DNA from: Candidatus Omnitrophota bacterium
Lineage (GTDB): Bacteria > Omnitrophota > Gorgyraeia > JABMRG01
Assembly: GCA_028716165.1 (NCBI GenBank)
Contig: JAQUQI010000002.1
Location: forward strand, 183,829-247,828
DNA: 64,000 bases
Reading direction: 5' to 3'
Shown: one piece after another, positions 1-9,396 of the stretch
Layout: the number at the start of each line of letters is the position of its first letter
Numbering within the stretch: position 1 is the stretch's first letter
The notes under the pieces: generated by a model
Told to the model about the DNA's origin: nothing
What the model saw: only the letters and a program-made list of their open reading frames with translations
The model's database searches: none
Made by a program: the position numbers and the translations under genes

Positions 1-211
1 TGGATGTCGGGAAGATCCGCCGAAAGCATTTGCGCCCAGGCGGTTGCGCTAAAAGCGGCAACTAATATGACAGTGGTTAATATTATAGATAATCGTTTAG
101 TCATTGTTTTTCTCCTTTAAGGTTTTTTGCGGTATTTAAAAAGTTTATTTATTTTATCAGATAAGCATGAATTAGTCAATAATTTTTTTTAAAAAAACGA
201 AATAATTTTTT

Positions 212-493
212 TGATGACACGCGGGTCAATCCCAGATCCTTCGCGGCCTACTCTGGCCTCGCTTATCGCCGCTCTGGATGACAGGCGGAGAACGCCTGTC
301 ATTCCGAGCGAAGCGAGGAATCTGGTACTCATTTCACTCCCAGATCCTTCGCGACCTACGCTGGCCTCGCTTATTGCCGCTCTGGATGACAGGCGTATGA
401 CGCTTGCCCCGACTCGTGCCGCTCTGGATGACACACGGGGTCACCCTCTGTCATTCAGAGGAGCGCCGAAGGCGCGACGAAGAATCTAATACT
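212..493. repeat. Mosaic intergenic repeat array 1a. Modules seen: CCCAGATCCTTCGCG, CCGCTCTGGATGACAGGCG-n5-CGCCTGTCATTCCGAGCGAAGCGAGGAATC, and TGTCATTCAGAGGAGCGCCGAAGGCGCGACGAAGAATCTAATACT.
   Basis: Direct reading. The same modules recur at 11 other loci in the window in both orientations. ORFs in the track across this region (189..434, 211..489) are repeat-derived. Confidence 0.85.
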
Positions 494-764
494 TACTCAA
501 ATCATGCCAATTAGGGTTAAGCGTTTCTATTAAAGCTATTTTTTTCTCTCTGCTCCAGCCCTTAATCCGCTTTTCCCTGGTAATAGCGTCTTCTATATTA
601 TCTGTTGTTTCGTAATATACCAATTTGTCTATGTTATACTTTTTAGTGAAACCTTTGTTTGAATTATTTTTATGCTCAAGCACTCGTCTTTCTAAATTGT
701 TTGTAACGCCGGTGTATAATGTCTTGGAATGATTCGTCATGATGTAAACAAAATATTGTTTCAT
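486..764 (-). CDS. GIY-YIG nuclease family protein (URI-domain, YhbQ/UPF0213-like), nested inside repeat array 1
   Basis: 92 aa. Motifs YIMTN...LYTGVTNNLERRVLEHK and KRIKGWSREKK are typical of small stand-alone GIY-YIG proteins. Flanked on both sides by repeat modules. Confidence 0.65.
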   Translation of the reverse strand: MKQYFVYIMTNHSKTLYTGVTNNLERRVLEHKNNSNKGFTKKYNIDKLVYYETTDNIEDAITREKRIKGWSREKKIALIETLNPNWHDLSKY

Positions 765-767
765 TTG

Positions 768-1148
768 TTGACATCCCCTGCTGTTTCACACCCATGTCAT
801 TCCGGGTGCCCCTGTGACACGCGGACAACGCCTGTCATTCAGAGGAGCGCCGAAGGCGCGACGAAGAATCCAGTACTCATTTCACTCCCAGATCCTTCGC
901 GGCTGACGCGTGCCTCAATTATTGCCGCTCTGGATGACACACGTATGACGCTTGCCCCGCCGTCCGCCGCTCTGGATGACACACGGGTCACCCTCTGTCA
1001 TTCCGAGTGCCCCTGTGACATGCGGACAACGCCTGTCATTCAGAGGAGCGCCGAAGGCGCGACGAAGAATCTAATACTCGTCCGACCGTAACACATGAGT
1101 CACTCTTGTGACACACGGCCTACTCTAGCCCCGCTTACTGCCGCTCTA
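768..1148. repeat. Mosaic intergenic repeat array 1b (continuation of array 1 on the other side of the GIY-YIG gene)
   Basis: Repeated GTCATTCAGAGGAGCGCCGAAGGCGCGACGAAGAATC, CCGCTCTGGATGACA and CCCAGATCCTTCGCG modules. ORF 729..1091 is repeat-derived. Confidence 0.85.
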
Positions 1149-2154
1149 ATTTTGCGTCTTGGCTGGATATCAATGACGATTCATATGATATGTCTGTTAA
1201 TACGCCCTGGAGCATTGCCACTGCCGCGTAATCCGACGGGTTGTATTGCTTAATATTCTGGCTAACCATATTTATCTTTGTTATAAGCGCTTTATGGAGT
1301 GAGTCCAAATCTTCAAACTTTCTTATATCTTTGGCTAATTTATTTATGTCCTCGCCACTGCTTAATATGATATAGCGTTTAAGAAGGCCTGCCAGAGAGG
1401 GCAGTTTTTCCGGATTTATTATACCCCTTGACTGCCACGATTCAAACACACTGTTAATAGCATTATCAAGTTTGGTATTGCTAATATTGAACGCGGGTTC
1501 CACGCCGGCATAGCTGCTTCCGTCATATACTTTTTTCAAAGCGCTAAGCGCTGATGTAAGGCCCGTGTTTTCATAGATCTTTACTGCCGCCGCGGGCGAA
1601 AGCGCCTGTATCCTGCCTATCCATAATTTTTCAATAGCCGAAGATACCTGTGACTGCATACCGGGCCAGTGCATTGCGTCAATATGCTTATCCTGTGTTA
1701 TGGTGGCATTATTGACAGGCACAATCAGGCTCGCGTTATAATTATAGGCATTTCTGGCAATATTGGCATGGTTTATAACTACCGGGTCAGCTACTTTGGA
1801 TAATTCAAGTGATTTTTTATATACCTTTATCTTGTCTTCAAAACGAGGCAGATAATAATCTTTTATCATACCATAAGCTATTTCATTGGTGATTACCCTC
1901 ATTTCCGAAGGATTTATTTGATTATCAAACTGGACAATATTATATTTTTTAAGCAGTTGCGACATCTTGTCAACGGAGATTGTATTGGCCTTGCCGTTTA
2001 CCAGATCTATGGCCATCTTATTATAAAGATAGTCATTATTTTTCCACAGATTTTTATAACCCTTGATTTTATTATCCTGGGCATAGGTCGAGCCGGACTG
2101 GCATCCTATCGCGTATAATATTACAAGTATTAAGCTTATTTTTCTTATAAACAT
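1135..2154 (-). CDS. Hypothetical lipoprotein (signal peptide with lipobox-like LILVILYAIGC)
   Basis: 339-aa ORF, N-terminal hydrophobic segment followed by Cys. No family recognised. Confidence 0.5.
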   Translation of the reverse strand: MFIRKISLILVILYAIGCQSGSTYAQDNKIKGYKNLWKNNDYLYNKMAIDLVNGKANTISVDKMSQLLKKYNIVQFDNQINPSEMRVITNEIAYGMIKDYYLPRFEDKIKVYKKSLELSKVADPVVINHANIARNAYNYNASLIVPVNNATITQDKHIDAMHWPGMQSQVSSAIEKLWIGRIQALSPAAAVKIYENTGLTSALSALKKVYDGSSYAGVEPAFNISNTKLDNAINSVFESWQSRGIINPEKLPSLAGLLKRYIILSSGEDINKLAKDIRKFEDLDSLHKALITKINMVSQNIKQYNPSDYAAVAMLQGVLTDISYESSLISSQDAKLERQ

Positions 2155-2397
2155 AACTACCCTTTGGCCGTTTGTTTGGAGATTTCAAACGACAGATGGT
2201 TTTTAAAATCTTATTAAATAGTTATACTTTACTACAAATATATCATTATTTCAAAAATTGTCAACGTTTTTTATGAAAATATCTAAAATATCTGAAAGAA
2301 AATTTATTAAACCTGCGTCAATACAAATAAAGACAAATCAAAACCGCTTCCTCCTCTTTGCCGGGATGGAGCAAAACCTCTAAAGAAAGGGGGGAAC

Positions 2398-2661
2398 ATG
2401 GATCAAAATATTAATGTAAACGTGGAAAGGTTGTATAAACTTGAGGGCGATGGGGCATTAAAAGGCTTTGCTGATATTTCTATCTGTAACTGTATTATTG
2501 TAAAAGGGTTACGAATAGTTTCCGGCAAAAACGGCTTATTTGTCAGCATGCCGCAGGAATTAGGCAAAGACGGCAAATGGCATAATAGGGTTTCTGTTAA
2601 TAATGACTCCTTAAAAGACAAATTGAGCGAATTGGTGCTCTCTGCTTTCCAGGATGACTGA
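2398..2661 (+). CDS. spoVG: SpoVG family protein
   Basis: 87 aa. Pattern ...ISICNCIIVKGLRIVSGKNGLFVSMPQ... matches the SpoVG core (GLFVAMP). Strong Shine-Dalgarno AAAGGGGGG 6-14 nt upstream. Confidence 0.65.
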   Translation: MDQNINVNVERLYKLEGDGALKGFADISICNCIIVKGLRIVSGKNGLFVSMPQELGKDGKWHNRVSVNNDSLKDKLSELVLSAFQDD

Positions 2662-3034
2662 TAGACAGTTTGCCAATAGGCTCTCTCTTGGCAAAATTTC
2701 CGAAGGCATTGCCGTTAGATATTTGAGGCGTAAGCGATTCAAGATAATCGGGCGCAATTATTACTGCCGGGCAGGGGAGCTTGATATTATTGCCAAAAGA
2801 GGCCCGATATTTATCTTTGTTGAAGTGCGAAGCATCCGGGAGGGTTTTTTTGAAGACCCGCTGGATTCAATTACTCCTCTAAAAATTGAACGCATTAAGA
2901 CCCTTGCGCAGATATGGCTTATGAACAATCGTATTGATAATGTCCCCGTTCGTTTTGACGCCATAGGAATCATTCATAATAAACGTTTTTTCGGGAAAAG
3001 ATACACCATAACACATATTCAGGATGCCTTTTAA
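2654..3034 (+). CDS. yraN: YraN family endonuclease (UPF0102)
   Basis: 126 aa. GIAVRYLRRKRFKIIGRNYY..GELDIIAKRG..IFVEVRS matches the YraN signature. 8-nt overlap with spoVG. Followed by comM, the conserved yraN-yifB neighbourhood. Confidence 0.65.
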   Translation: MTDRQFANRLSLGKISEGIAVRYLRRKRFKIIGRNYYCRAGELDIIAKRGPIFIFVEVRSIREGFFEDPLDSITPLKIERIKTLAQIWLMNNRIDNVPVRFDAIGIIHNKRFFGKRYTITHIQDAF

Positions 3035-3075
3035 AGCTAAAAAGACAGCCAACAGCCCTATCAATTATATAAAAA

Positions 3076-4638
3076 ATGGCCAGAAACCTTTGCCAGAGGA
3101 GCCTGCAGATGCTTGCCAAATGCCAATCAAGGACAATAACCGGAACAAGTTCACGCCACATAGACGTTGAGGTTGATATCTCAAGCGGCATACGGTCATT
3201 TACCATAGTAGGCCTTCCTGATGCCGCCTGCCGCGAATCTGCCAAAAGAGTCATGTCTGCTATAAAAAATTCAGGTTTTAAGATGTCATGCTCAAAAATA
3301 ACCGTCAATCTCGCTCCTGCCCATCTGCGTAAAGAAGGCGCGATGTTTGACCTTGCCATTGCCATAGCAATATTGTCTGCCGAGTCCAAGATCAGCCAGA
3401 AGGCCTTGGACAGCAAGGTATTTTGCGGAGAGCTTTCTCTTGACGGAAGCCTTAGGCCGGTAAACGGTATGCTTTGCGTGGCAGATGATATTAAAGAAAC
3501 GCCTGATACGGAACTTATCCTGCCCTGGCAAAACATGCCCGAAGCGCGCGCGATAAATAATGCCCGATTAATGCCTGTTTCCTGCCTTGCTGAAACCGTC
3601 AGCTATATCGCCAATGGCACATTGCCCGAGCCAAGAGTTTGGCCTGCTTTGCCGGCTGATAATAATGAAAATAATGATATGGATTTTTCCGATATTAGAG
3701 GTAATTATCACGCTAAAAGGGCTGTAGAAATTGCCGTAGCCGGCGGCCACAATATATTGTTTATAGGCCCTCCTGGCACCGGCAAGACAATGCTTGCCCA
3801 GCGTATCCCTACCATTATGGGCGCCCTGACCAATGAAGAGTCTATCCAGACGAGCAAGGTTTATAGTATCCAGGGCTTACTTAATAACAAAAGCTTGATT
3901 ACCAGGCCGCCTTTCAGGGCCTTGCATCACTTTTCATCCGATGCCGGCATGCTCGGAGGCGGGTCAAATTATATAAACCCCGGCGAGATAAGCCTTGCCC
4001 ATAATGGCGTGCTCTTTCTTGATGAGCTTCCGGAATTCAGGCGCGATGTCCTTGAGGCGCTTAGACAGCCTATTGAGGACAAGGTTATCCGCATCACACG
4101 CGCCGGCAAATCAGTCACATATCCATGCGATTTCATGCTTGTTGCCGCCATGAATCCCTGCCCGTGCGGATATCTGACACACCCCAAAAAGACCTGCGTA
4201 TGCACACCCCATCAGGTCCACAAGTATTTATCTAAAATATCAGGCCCTCTCTTAGACCGCATAGATATGCATGTTGAGATAAGCCCGATTGATTACGACC
4301 AGTTATCGTCGGAATCAGGCATTGAGTCATCTTCCGCGATAAAATCAAGAATTGACAATGCCAAGGCCATACAGAGCGCGCGTTATCGCGGAAATAGATA
4401 TGCCCTGAACGCGCGGATTTCATATAAGGATATAGAAAAAGTATGCGCGCTCACAAAAGAGGCCTCTTCTATACTGAAACAAGCTATGCATGAATTGTTT
4501 GTAAGCGCTAGAGGATATGCCAAACTTCTCAAGGTGGCACGAACCATAGCTGATATCGCGGCAAGGCCTGTGATTGATGTTGAGGATATTGCTGAAGCCG
4601 TAAGCTATCGCAGTCTTGATACCCGCGCATGGCTTTAA
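3076..4638 (+). CDS. comM: YifB/ComM family Mg-chelatase-like AAA+ ATPase
   Basis: 520 aa. Lon-like N-terminal domain, Walker A GPPGTGKT, and a C-terminal ChlI-like region. The more likely start is the Met of MLAKCQS at 3106, by comparison with YifB N-termini. Confidence 0.8.
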   Translation: MARNLCQRSLQMLAKCQSRTITGTSSRHIDVEVDISSGIRSFTIVGLPDAACRESAKRVMSAIKNSGFKMSCSKITVNLAPAHLRKEGAMFDLAIAIAILSAESKISQKALDSKVFCGELSLDGSLRPVNGMLCVADDIKETPDTELILPWQNMPEARAINNARLMPVSCLAETVSYIANGTLPEPRVWPALPADNNENNDMDFSDIRGNYHAKRAVEIAVAGGHNILFIGPPGTGKTMLAQRIPTIMGALTNEESIQTSKVYSIQGLLNNKSLITRPPFRALHHFSSDAGMLGGGSNYINPGEISLAHNGVLFLDELPEFRRDVLEALRQPIEDKVIRITRAGKSVTYPCDFMLVAAMNPCPCGYLTHPKKTCVCTPHQVHKYLSKISGPLLDRIDMHVEISPIDYDQLSSESGIESSSAIKSRIDNAKAIQSARYRGNRYALNARISYKDIEKVCALTKEASSILKQAMHELFVSARGYAKLLKVARTIADIAARPVIDVEDIAEAVSYRSLDTRAWL

Positions 4639-4640
4639 TA

Positions 4641-5048
4641 TCTTGCCGAAGGCCCCCTCTGCCCTTGCGAGCGTCACGAGGCGAGGCCGGAGTCATACGC
4701 CTGTCATCCAGAGCCGCCGAAGGCGGGGCAAGCGTCATACGTGTGTCATCCAGAGCGGCGATCATTGAGGCAAGAGTCAGCCGCGAAGGATCTGGGTGTG
4801 ACCCCTCTGTCATCCAGAGCATCAGTACTAGATTCCTCGCTTCGCTCGGAATGACAACGGGTGCCCCACTTGTCATCCAGAGCGGCGATAATTGCGGCAC
4901 GCGTCAGCCGCGAAGGATCTGGGAGTGAAACGAGTACTGGATTCTTCGTCGCGCCTTCGGCGCTCCTCTTAAATGACAGTGGTGACTTTCGGAATGGCAA
5001 AAGTGGTACTCGGAATGACAGAAGTTGCCATCTGTCATTCAGAGCGGC
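4641..5048. repeat. Mosaic repeat array 2 (modules in reverse orientation: TGTCATCCAGAGCGG, GATTCCTCGCTTCGCTCGGAATGAC, GATTCTTCGTCGCGCCTTCGGCGCTCCTC)
   Basis: Direct reading. Starts immediately after the comM stop codon. ORFs 4529..4900, 4629..4928, 4746..5000 and 4861..5067 are repeat-derived. Confidence 0.85.
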
Positions 5049-5099
5049 AAAAAAAGCAACCTCTTAAGAAGAAGCTACTTATGGTGCTACAGATGCGGG

Positions 5100-5348
5100 T
5101 TAAGCCATTTGGAATATACCCATCAAATGCTTATTTATCATTCTGGGCTTGTTAGATGAAAACTTTTTTTGAAAGTCCACTATGGTTAACCCAAAAACTT
5201 TTTTAGTTATAGGGTCTTTTCTAATTATAATACCGTTTTCATCCATGTCACTAATTCCTTTTTTAGGAACGCCTAAGCACAAATAAAGCACATCCGCTGT
5301 TTTATCGTAGGCCATTCTTAGTGGAGCAAAAGGCTTTTGTCTATCCAT
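5100..5348 (-). CDS. DUF2283 family small protein (antitoxin-like partner of DUF4258)
   Basis: 82 aa. YDKTADVLYLCL ... GIIIRKD..TKKVFGLTIVDF matches the DUF2283 pattern. Overlaps the upstream small ORF by 31 nt. Confidence 0.55.
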   Translation of the reverse strand: MDRQKPFAPLRMAYDKTADVLYLCLGVPKKGISDMDENGIIIRKDPITKKVFGLTIVDFQKKFSSNKPRMINKHLMGIFQMA

Positions 5349-5692
5349 ATTAAATCACCTTTCTTCAATTTATCACTAATATAAGCAGTTTTTATAACTC
5401 TATTAATAATGTTTGCCACGACCACACGATAAAGGCTCTTACTTTTTATATTGTAATAAAGATAAATTTCTCTACTCTTCGTGCTTTCATATATAGCAAA
5501 TGTTTTGTCAAAAACTTTTTGTATAAATGTAACCGGGTTTTCAATTTCTGGGTGCATTAATCGGATATGTTTACAAGTATCAGGATACAGCTTGTATTTA
5601 TAACCTTTTATATCACTAAAATAACAAGTCTGCGCAATAATTTGATCACCAGCAGATATTTTTTTCTTCTTCATGTGGATATATATTATCAA
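5318..5692 (-). CDS. Small protein, possible DUF4258-like toxin partner. The start is more likely the Met of MKKKKIS.
   Basis: Overlapping two-gene cassette with the DUF2283 gene. The weak H..R....I motif (KHIRLMHPEI) is only suggestive. The assignment rests mostly on the conserved DUF2283/DUF4258 pairing. Confidence 0.3.
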   Translation of the reverse strand: MIIYIHMKKKKISAGDQIIAQTCYFSDIKGYKYKLYPDTCKHIRLMHPEIENPVTFIQKVFDKTFAIYESTKSREIYLYYNIKSKSLYRVVVANIINRVIKTAYISDKLKKGDLIWIDKSLLLH

Positions 5693-5769
5693 AAAAGATT
5701 ATATATATCAAGAACTATTTAAAACGGGGTTACGTCTGGGCTGACCCATGTGTCAGTATATGTATTGCA

Positions 5770-6226
5770 GGCGTCCTATTTGGACACACCCTATGTGCTC
5801 AATGGAAATGCCCCCTATCATCCAGAGTGGCCGAAGGCGGAGCAAGCGTCATACGCCTGTCATCCAGAGCGGCGATAATTGCAGCACGCGTCAGCCGCGA
5901 AGGATCTGGGAGTGAAATGAGTACTGAATTTTTCGTCGCGCCTTCGGCGCTCCTCTTAAATGACAGTGGTGACGTTCGGAATGACAGAAGTGGTGCTCGG
6001 AATGACAGAGGGTGACCCGCCTGAAAGTCAGTATTGGATTCCTCGCTTCGCTCGGAATGACAGGCGTTCTTCGCCTGTCATCCAGAGCGGAACCGGCAAA
6101 GTAAGAGTCGTTAGCGAAGGATCTGGGTGTGACTTCCGTGTGCCGTCCGGAGTGAGAGTACTAGATTCTTCGTCGCGCCTTCGGCGCTCCTCTGAATGAC
6201 AATAGGGATGCTCGGAATGACAAACG
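5770..6226. repeat. Mosaic repeat array 3. Terminal module E (GGCGTCCTATTTGG) is at the left end; CTCGGAATGACA-type units are at the right end.
   Basis: Direct reading. ORFs 5827..6015 and 5960..6199 are repeat-derived. Confidence 0.85.
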
Positions 6227-6234
6227 ATCTTGTC

Positions 6235-6813
6235 TCATTTAAGCTTTATGATTTTAGATTTAAAAATATTGTTCAGAAAAGGGTTCTTACCCTTTTTTTT
6301 CTTCTCAAACTCTTTATCGCTTAAGTTTATCACATTAAATTCGCGGCCTGTATCTTTCTGTAATATAGCGATGGCTCTTTGCAATTCCAAAACAGAATGT
6401 GTGCCAATAGCTAAAATATCTATATCGCTTGAAGAATCCATTTTGTTAGCCGCGTATGAACCGAATAAATAAGCTTCCTGAAGCCCTTTGATCCTATTAA
6501 CCATATCGCTAAGTTTTTTCTCTATACCGTAGGTTTTTAAGAATATTTGGCGATAATGCTCCAAAATCGGATTATTTTTCGCAAGGAAATAATATCTTTG
6601 CTTTCCACGAAACTCACTTTTTAAGAGGCCTCCTTTTTCCAATTCCTTAAGCTTGGTTTCGGTATTTTTAGGGTCAATTTCTAAAATCCTGGCCAACTCA
6701 TTAATGTAAGCCTGGGCATCGGGGTTAAGAAAAAAATAATCCAGCAATTTTATTGTTATTTTAGAACGAAAAGATATCATATTTTCACCATAATTATGGT
6801 AATAAATTACCAT
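6235..6813 (-). CDS. Winged-helix (ArsR-like) DNA-binding domain fused to a Pol-beta-type nucleotidyltransferase domain
   Basis: 192 aa. The N-terminal half is wHTH-like. The C-terminal half carries GSYAANKMDSSSDIDIL, the G[SG]x9-13Dx[DE] NTase signature. Confidence 0.55.
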   Translation of the reverse strand: MVIYYHNYGENMISFRSKITIKLLDYFFLNPDAQAYINELARILEIDPKNTETKLKELEKGGLLKSEFRGKQRYYFLAKNNPILEHYRQIFLKTYGIEKKLSDMVNRIKGLQEAYLFGSYAANKMDSSSDIDILAIGTHSVLELQRAIAILQKDTGREFNVINLSDKEFEKKKKGKNPFLNNIFKSKIIKLK

Positions 6814-6852
6814 AATTGTCTATTTTGTCAAGTGAATTATATGCGCGGTATT

Positions 6853-7088
6853 GGAGGCGTCCTATTTGCGGAAGTAAGACGAGTATTGGATTCTTCGTCG
6901 CGCCTTCGGCGCTCCTCTGAATGACAAGGCGTACTCCATGTGTCATCCAGAGCGGAACCGGCGAAGCCAGAGTCGTTAGCGAAGGATCTGGGGGTGAAAT
7001 GAGTACTGGATTCTTCGTCGCGCCTTCGGCGCTCCTCTGAATGACAGTGGTAACGCTCGGAATGACAAGCGAGGCTCGGAATGACACA
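6853..7088. repeat. Mosaic repeat array 4 (module E at the left end, reverse-orientation modules, CTCGGAATGACA units at the right end)
   Basis: Direct reading. ORF 6794..7096 is repeat-derived. Confidence 0.85.
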
Positions 7089-7118
7089 TGAGCCACCCCT
7101 ATAGCCTTTTAAGCCGCG

Positions 7119-7442
7119 TTATGACCTATCATTTAGACAGTTTTCAATATCCTTAAGGCGGGAATCAAAGTTGTCAAGGCGGTTTTCTATGTTTTCAAGG
7201 CGAGAATTTGTCTCAAGAAACCTGCGGGCAGTAAACTCATCAATACTTTCAAATATTATTAGCCCATTAACATCAGTTACTTGCGTTCCTTCCGGCACAA
7301 GCCGGTTTACAGAACCTACCTTTTTAAATTCCATACCCGGTTTGGGACCCACGCTTTGATTTTGCGGTTTGTCCTCGGCAAAAGAGCAGGTATTGACAGC
7401 AAATATCAATATCATTACGCATAATATAGCGGGTATTTTCAT
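7119..7442 (-). CDS. Small secreted hypothetical protein (signal peptide)
   Basis: 107 aa. N-terminal MKIPAILCVMILIFAVNTCSFA. C-terminal half is charged and coiled-coil-like. Confidence 0.4.
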   Translation of the reverse strand: MKIPAILCVMILIFAVNTCSFAEDKPQNQSVGPKPGMEFKKVGSVNRLVPEGTQVTDVNGLIIFESIDEFTARRFLETNSRLENIENRLDNFDSRLKDIENCLNDRS

Positions 7443-7443
7443 A

Positions 7444-8445
7444 TTATCCGCGTGCCCTTTCTGTTATTTTCATGATTTTATCAAAAACCTCATCAACCCT
7501 TATCTCCTGCATACACGGGCCAAAATCATGCCTTATCACGTCTTTGTTGCAAACTACATTCATCCCCGGACAGCACGGCATGCATGGCAAAGTTTTTGCG
7601 GCCCTTACTATGTTATGGCGGTGAAAATACGGATAAAAACAATCAATAGATGTCGGGCCGTATAGGCCTATGCTATTGATGCCCATACAGCTGGCAATGT
7701 GTAAAAGGCTTGAATCAGGCCCGATAAAGACATTGCACTTACTTATTAAGGCGATGGCCTGTTCTAAAGTAGTCTGGCCCGCCCTTATTATATCGGCCGA
7801 AAGCGATGACAATACGGTGCTTGAGAATTTACTCCCGTCACTCTTGCCAAGGGCGATTACTTTCAAGCCTTTTTCGCGCTTTAACCTGTCCGCTAAGCTG
7901 TTCCATCTTTCAACAGGCCAGCTTTTGAGCGTCCATGCCGCCAAAGGCATTATACCGGCGATGGCCTCGCCTTGCCTGATATTATTTTTTTTAAAAAAAT
8001 CAAGGGCGAAATCTTCGTCTTTTCGCGCGAGAGCAAAATCAAAACGCGCCGAAGGGCAATTTATCCCATTTTGCCTTAACAGGGCAAGATATCTATCAAC
8101 AGGGTGTATATGGGCATTTTTATTGTTCCCAACGCTCCATACCGAACGTGAGCGCAAAAAAACATATCTGGCAGAGCTTTTGAGCGCGATTGCCAGGTCA
8201 AAGTTTGTTTTTCTTAAACCCATGACAAACCTGGCCTGGTTTATAAAACCTTTGTCCGCGCCGCTCCTGTCATAGATTATCACATTATCTATGCCTCTGT
8301 ATCCTTCCACGAGTTCGCGGCAGCGCGGCGATGTCACAAAAGACAACACAGCGCCGGGATAGGCATCTTTCAAAGGCCGCACAACGGCCATATTATAGCA
8401 AACATCGCCGATATTGGAATGCCCGATAATCAGTATATTTTTCAT
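7444..8445 (-). CDS. Glycosyltransferase family 9 (ADP-heptose:LPS heptosyltransferase-like)
   Basis: 333 aa. N-terminal ILIIGHSNIGDV and overall architecture typical of RfaF/RfaC-type GT9 enzymes. Confidence 0.65.
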   Translation of the reverse strand: MKNILIIGHSNIGDVCYNMAVVRPLKDAYPGAVLSFVTSPRCRELVEGYRGIDNVIIYDRSGADKGFINQARFVMGLRKTNFDLAIALKSSARYVFLRSRSVWSVGNNKNAHIHPVDRYLALLRQNGINCPSARFDFALARKDEDFALDFFKKNNIRQGEAIAGIMPLAAWTLKSWPVERWNSLADRLKREKGLKVIALGKSDGSKFSSTVLSSLSADIIRAGQTTLEQAIALISKCNVFIGPDSSLLHIASCMGINSIGLYGPTSIDCFYPYFHRHNIVRAAKTLPCMPCCPGMNVVCNKDVIRHDFGPCMQEIRVDEVFDKIMKITERARG

Positions 8446-8451
8446 ACAAGG

Positions 8452-9396
8452 CTAAAAAGATATGTTAAAGGCTTCTTTGGCGCCGGGTTTTTTAAACGCG
8501 TGCCCTTCCGAGTCACATGGGTTGCAAAATCCATAATCATGACAGAGGAAAAAATCGGAAGGCATGCTGATGTTTAATCCTTTGCTGAATATATTGCCAA
8601 ATTTATCATTGTGCGCGGTATAAAGCTTGTAATGGCAATTATATATATCTCCGTTTGGGGCAAACAATACCTTGCCCATGCGGCAAAACATATCTTCTTT
8701 GTTCTTTTGGCTGAATCCCTGCCTGTAATCGGCATAATTGCGTATCCCGTCCTGCTGTTGACATTCAATATCGTAACCGTTTTCAACAGGATACAGGGTA
8801 TTTTTGTAATAGCCCGTAAAGCGCTGGAGCTTTACCAGCGGATGAGCCTTTAGCAGTTTGTCACGGTATCTTTTGACGTCGTCAATATGGTCAGGGTGGG
8901 CAACGATAAATATAATATGGACATACAGCCCCCCGTCTTTTACTCTTTTAAGGTTATCTATGAATTTATCAACGGGTGTATACAAAAAATGGTGTGAAAA
9001 ATTAAATTTCAGGCCCGAGCGCCGGCTTATGCTTTTAATGGACGAATTATTTCTGTAAAAGGGTGAAAATAAATTTGATGTCACGGTAATGGCCCAGTCC
9101 CTGTCAAGATTATTGACAATAAAGGCAAAATCAGGATGAAGCGTCGGCTCGCCGCCGGTTATGGAAATTTTTTTGCGTTTGGCTCTCCTTAAAAAACGCT
9201 TTTTTCTCCTGTTGGCAAGGCTGTTTAATGCCTCAACCCAATCAGCTCCCCGCCTTACGGGATATTTCGCCGCAGCGACCGCCGGGCAGGATATCTTTTG
9301 CACGCAATATTCACAGCTTAAAGTGCACGAGAGTGTTAAAAAAACACAGTAATAACTTTCAAATGATGCATCAATAACCTTTATATCTTTTTTCAC
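8452..9396 (-). CDS. Radical SAM domain protein
   Basis: CTLSCEYC (CxxxCxxC) near the N-terminus. A C-terminal Cys cluster (CHDYGFCNPC) is possibly an auxiliary cluster. 4-nt overlap with the downstream membrane glycosyltransferase. Confidence 0.55.
   Translation of the reverse strand: MKKDIKVIDASFESYYCVFLTLSCTLSCEYCVQKISCPAVAAAKYPVRRGADWVEALNSLANRRKKRFLRRAKRKKISITGGEPTLHPDFAFIVNNLDRDWAITVTSNLFSPFYRNNSSIKSISRRSGLKFNFSHHFLYTPVDKFIDNLKRVKDGGLYVHIIFIVAHPDHIDDVKRYRDKLLKAHPLVKLQRFTGYYKNTLYPVENGYDIECQQQDGIRNYADYRQGFSQKNKEDMFCRMGKVLFAPNGDIYNCHYKLYTAHNDKFGNIFSKGLNISMPSDFFLCHDYGFCNPCDSEGHAFKKPGAKEAFNISF

Noticed and set aside
189-1091. ORF-track proteins 189..434, 211..489 and 729..1091 (and similar ones at 4529..5067, 5827..6199, 6794..7096, 13814..14152, 16236..16613, 18319..18622, 25887..26369, 27895..28173, 48453..48848)
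   Set aside because: All lie entirely within the mosaic repeat arrays and are read from both strands of the same repeated modules. They give low-complexity pseudo-peptides (…LSSRAAISEARVGREGSG…, …SLPDPSRPTLASLIAALDD…), have no start/RBS context, and overlap each other.
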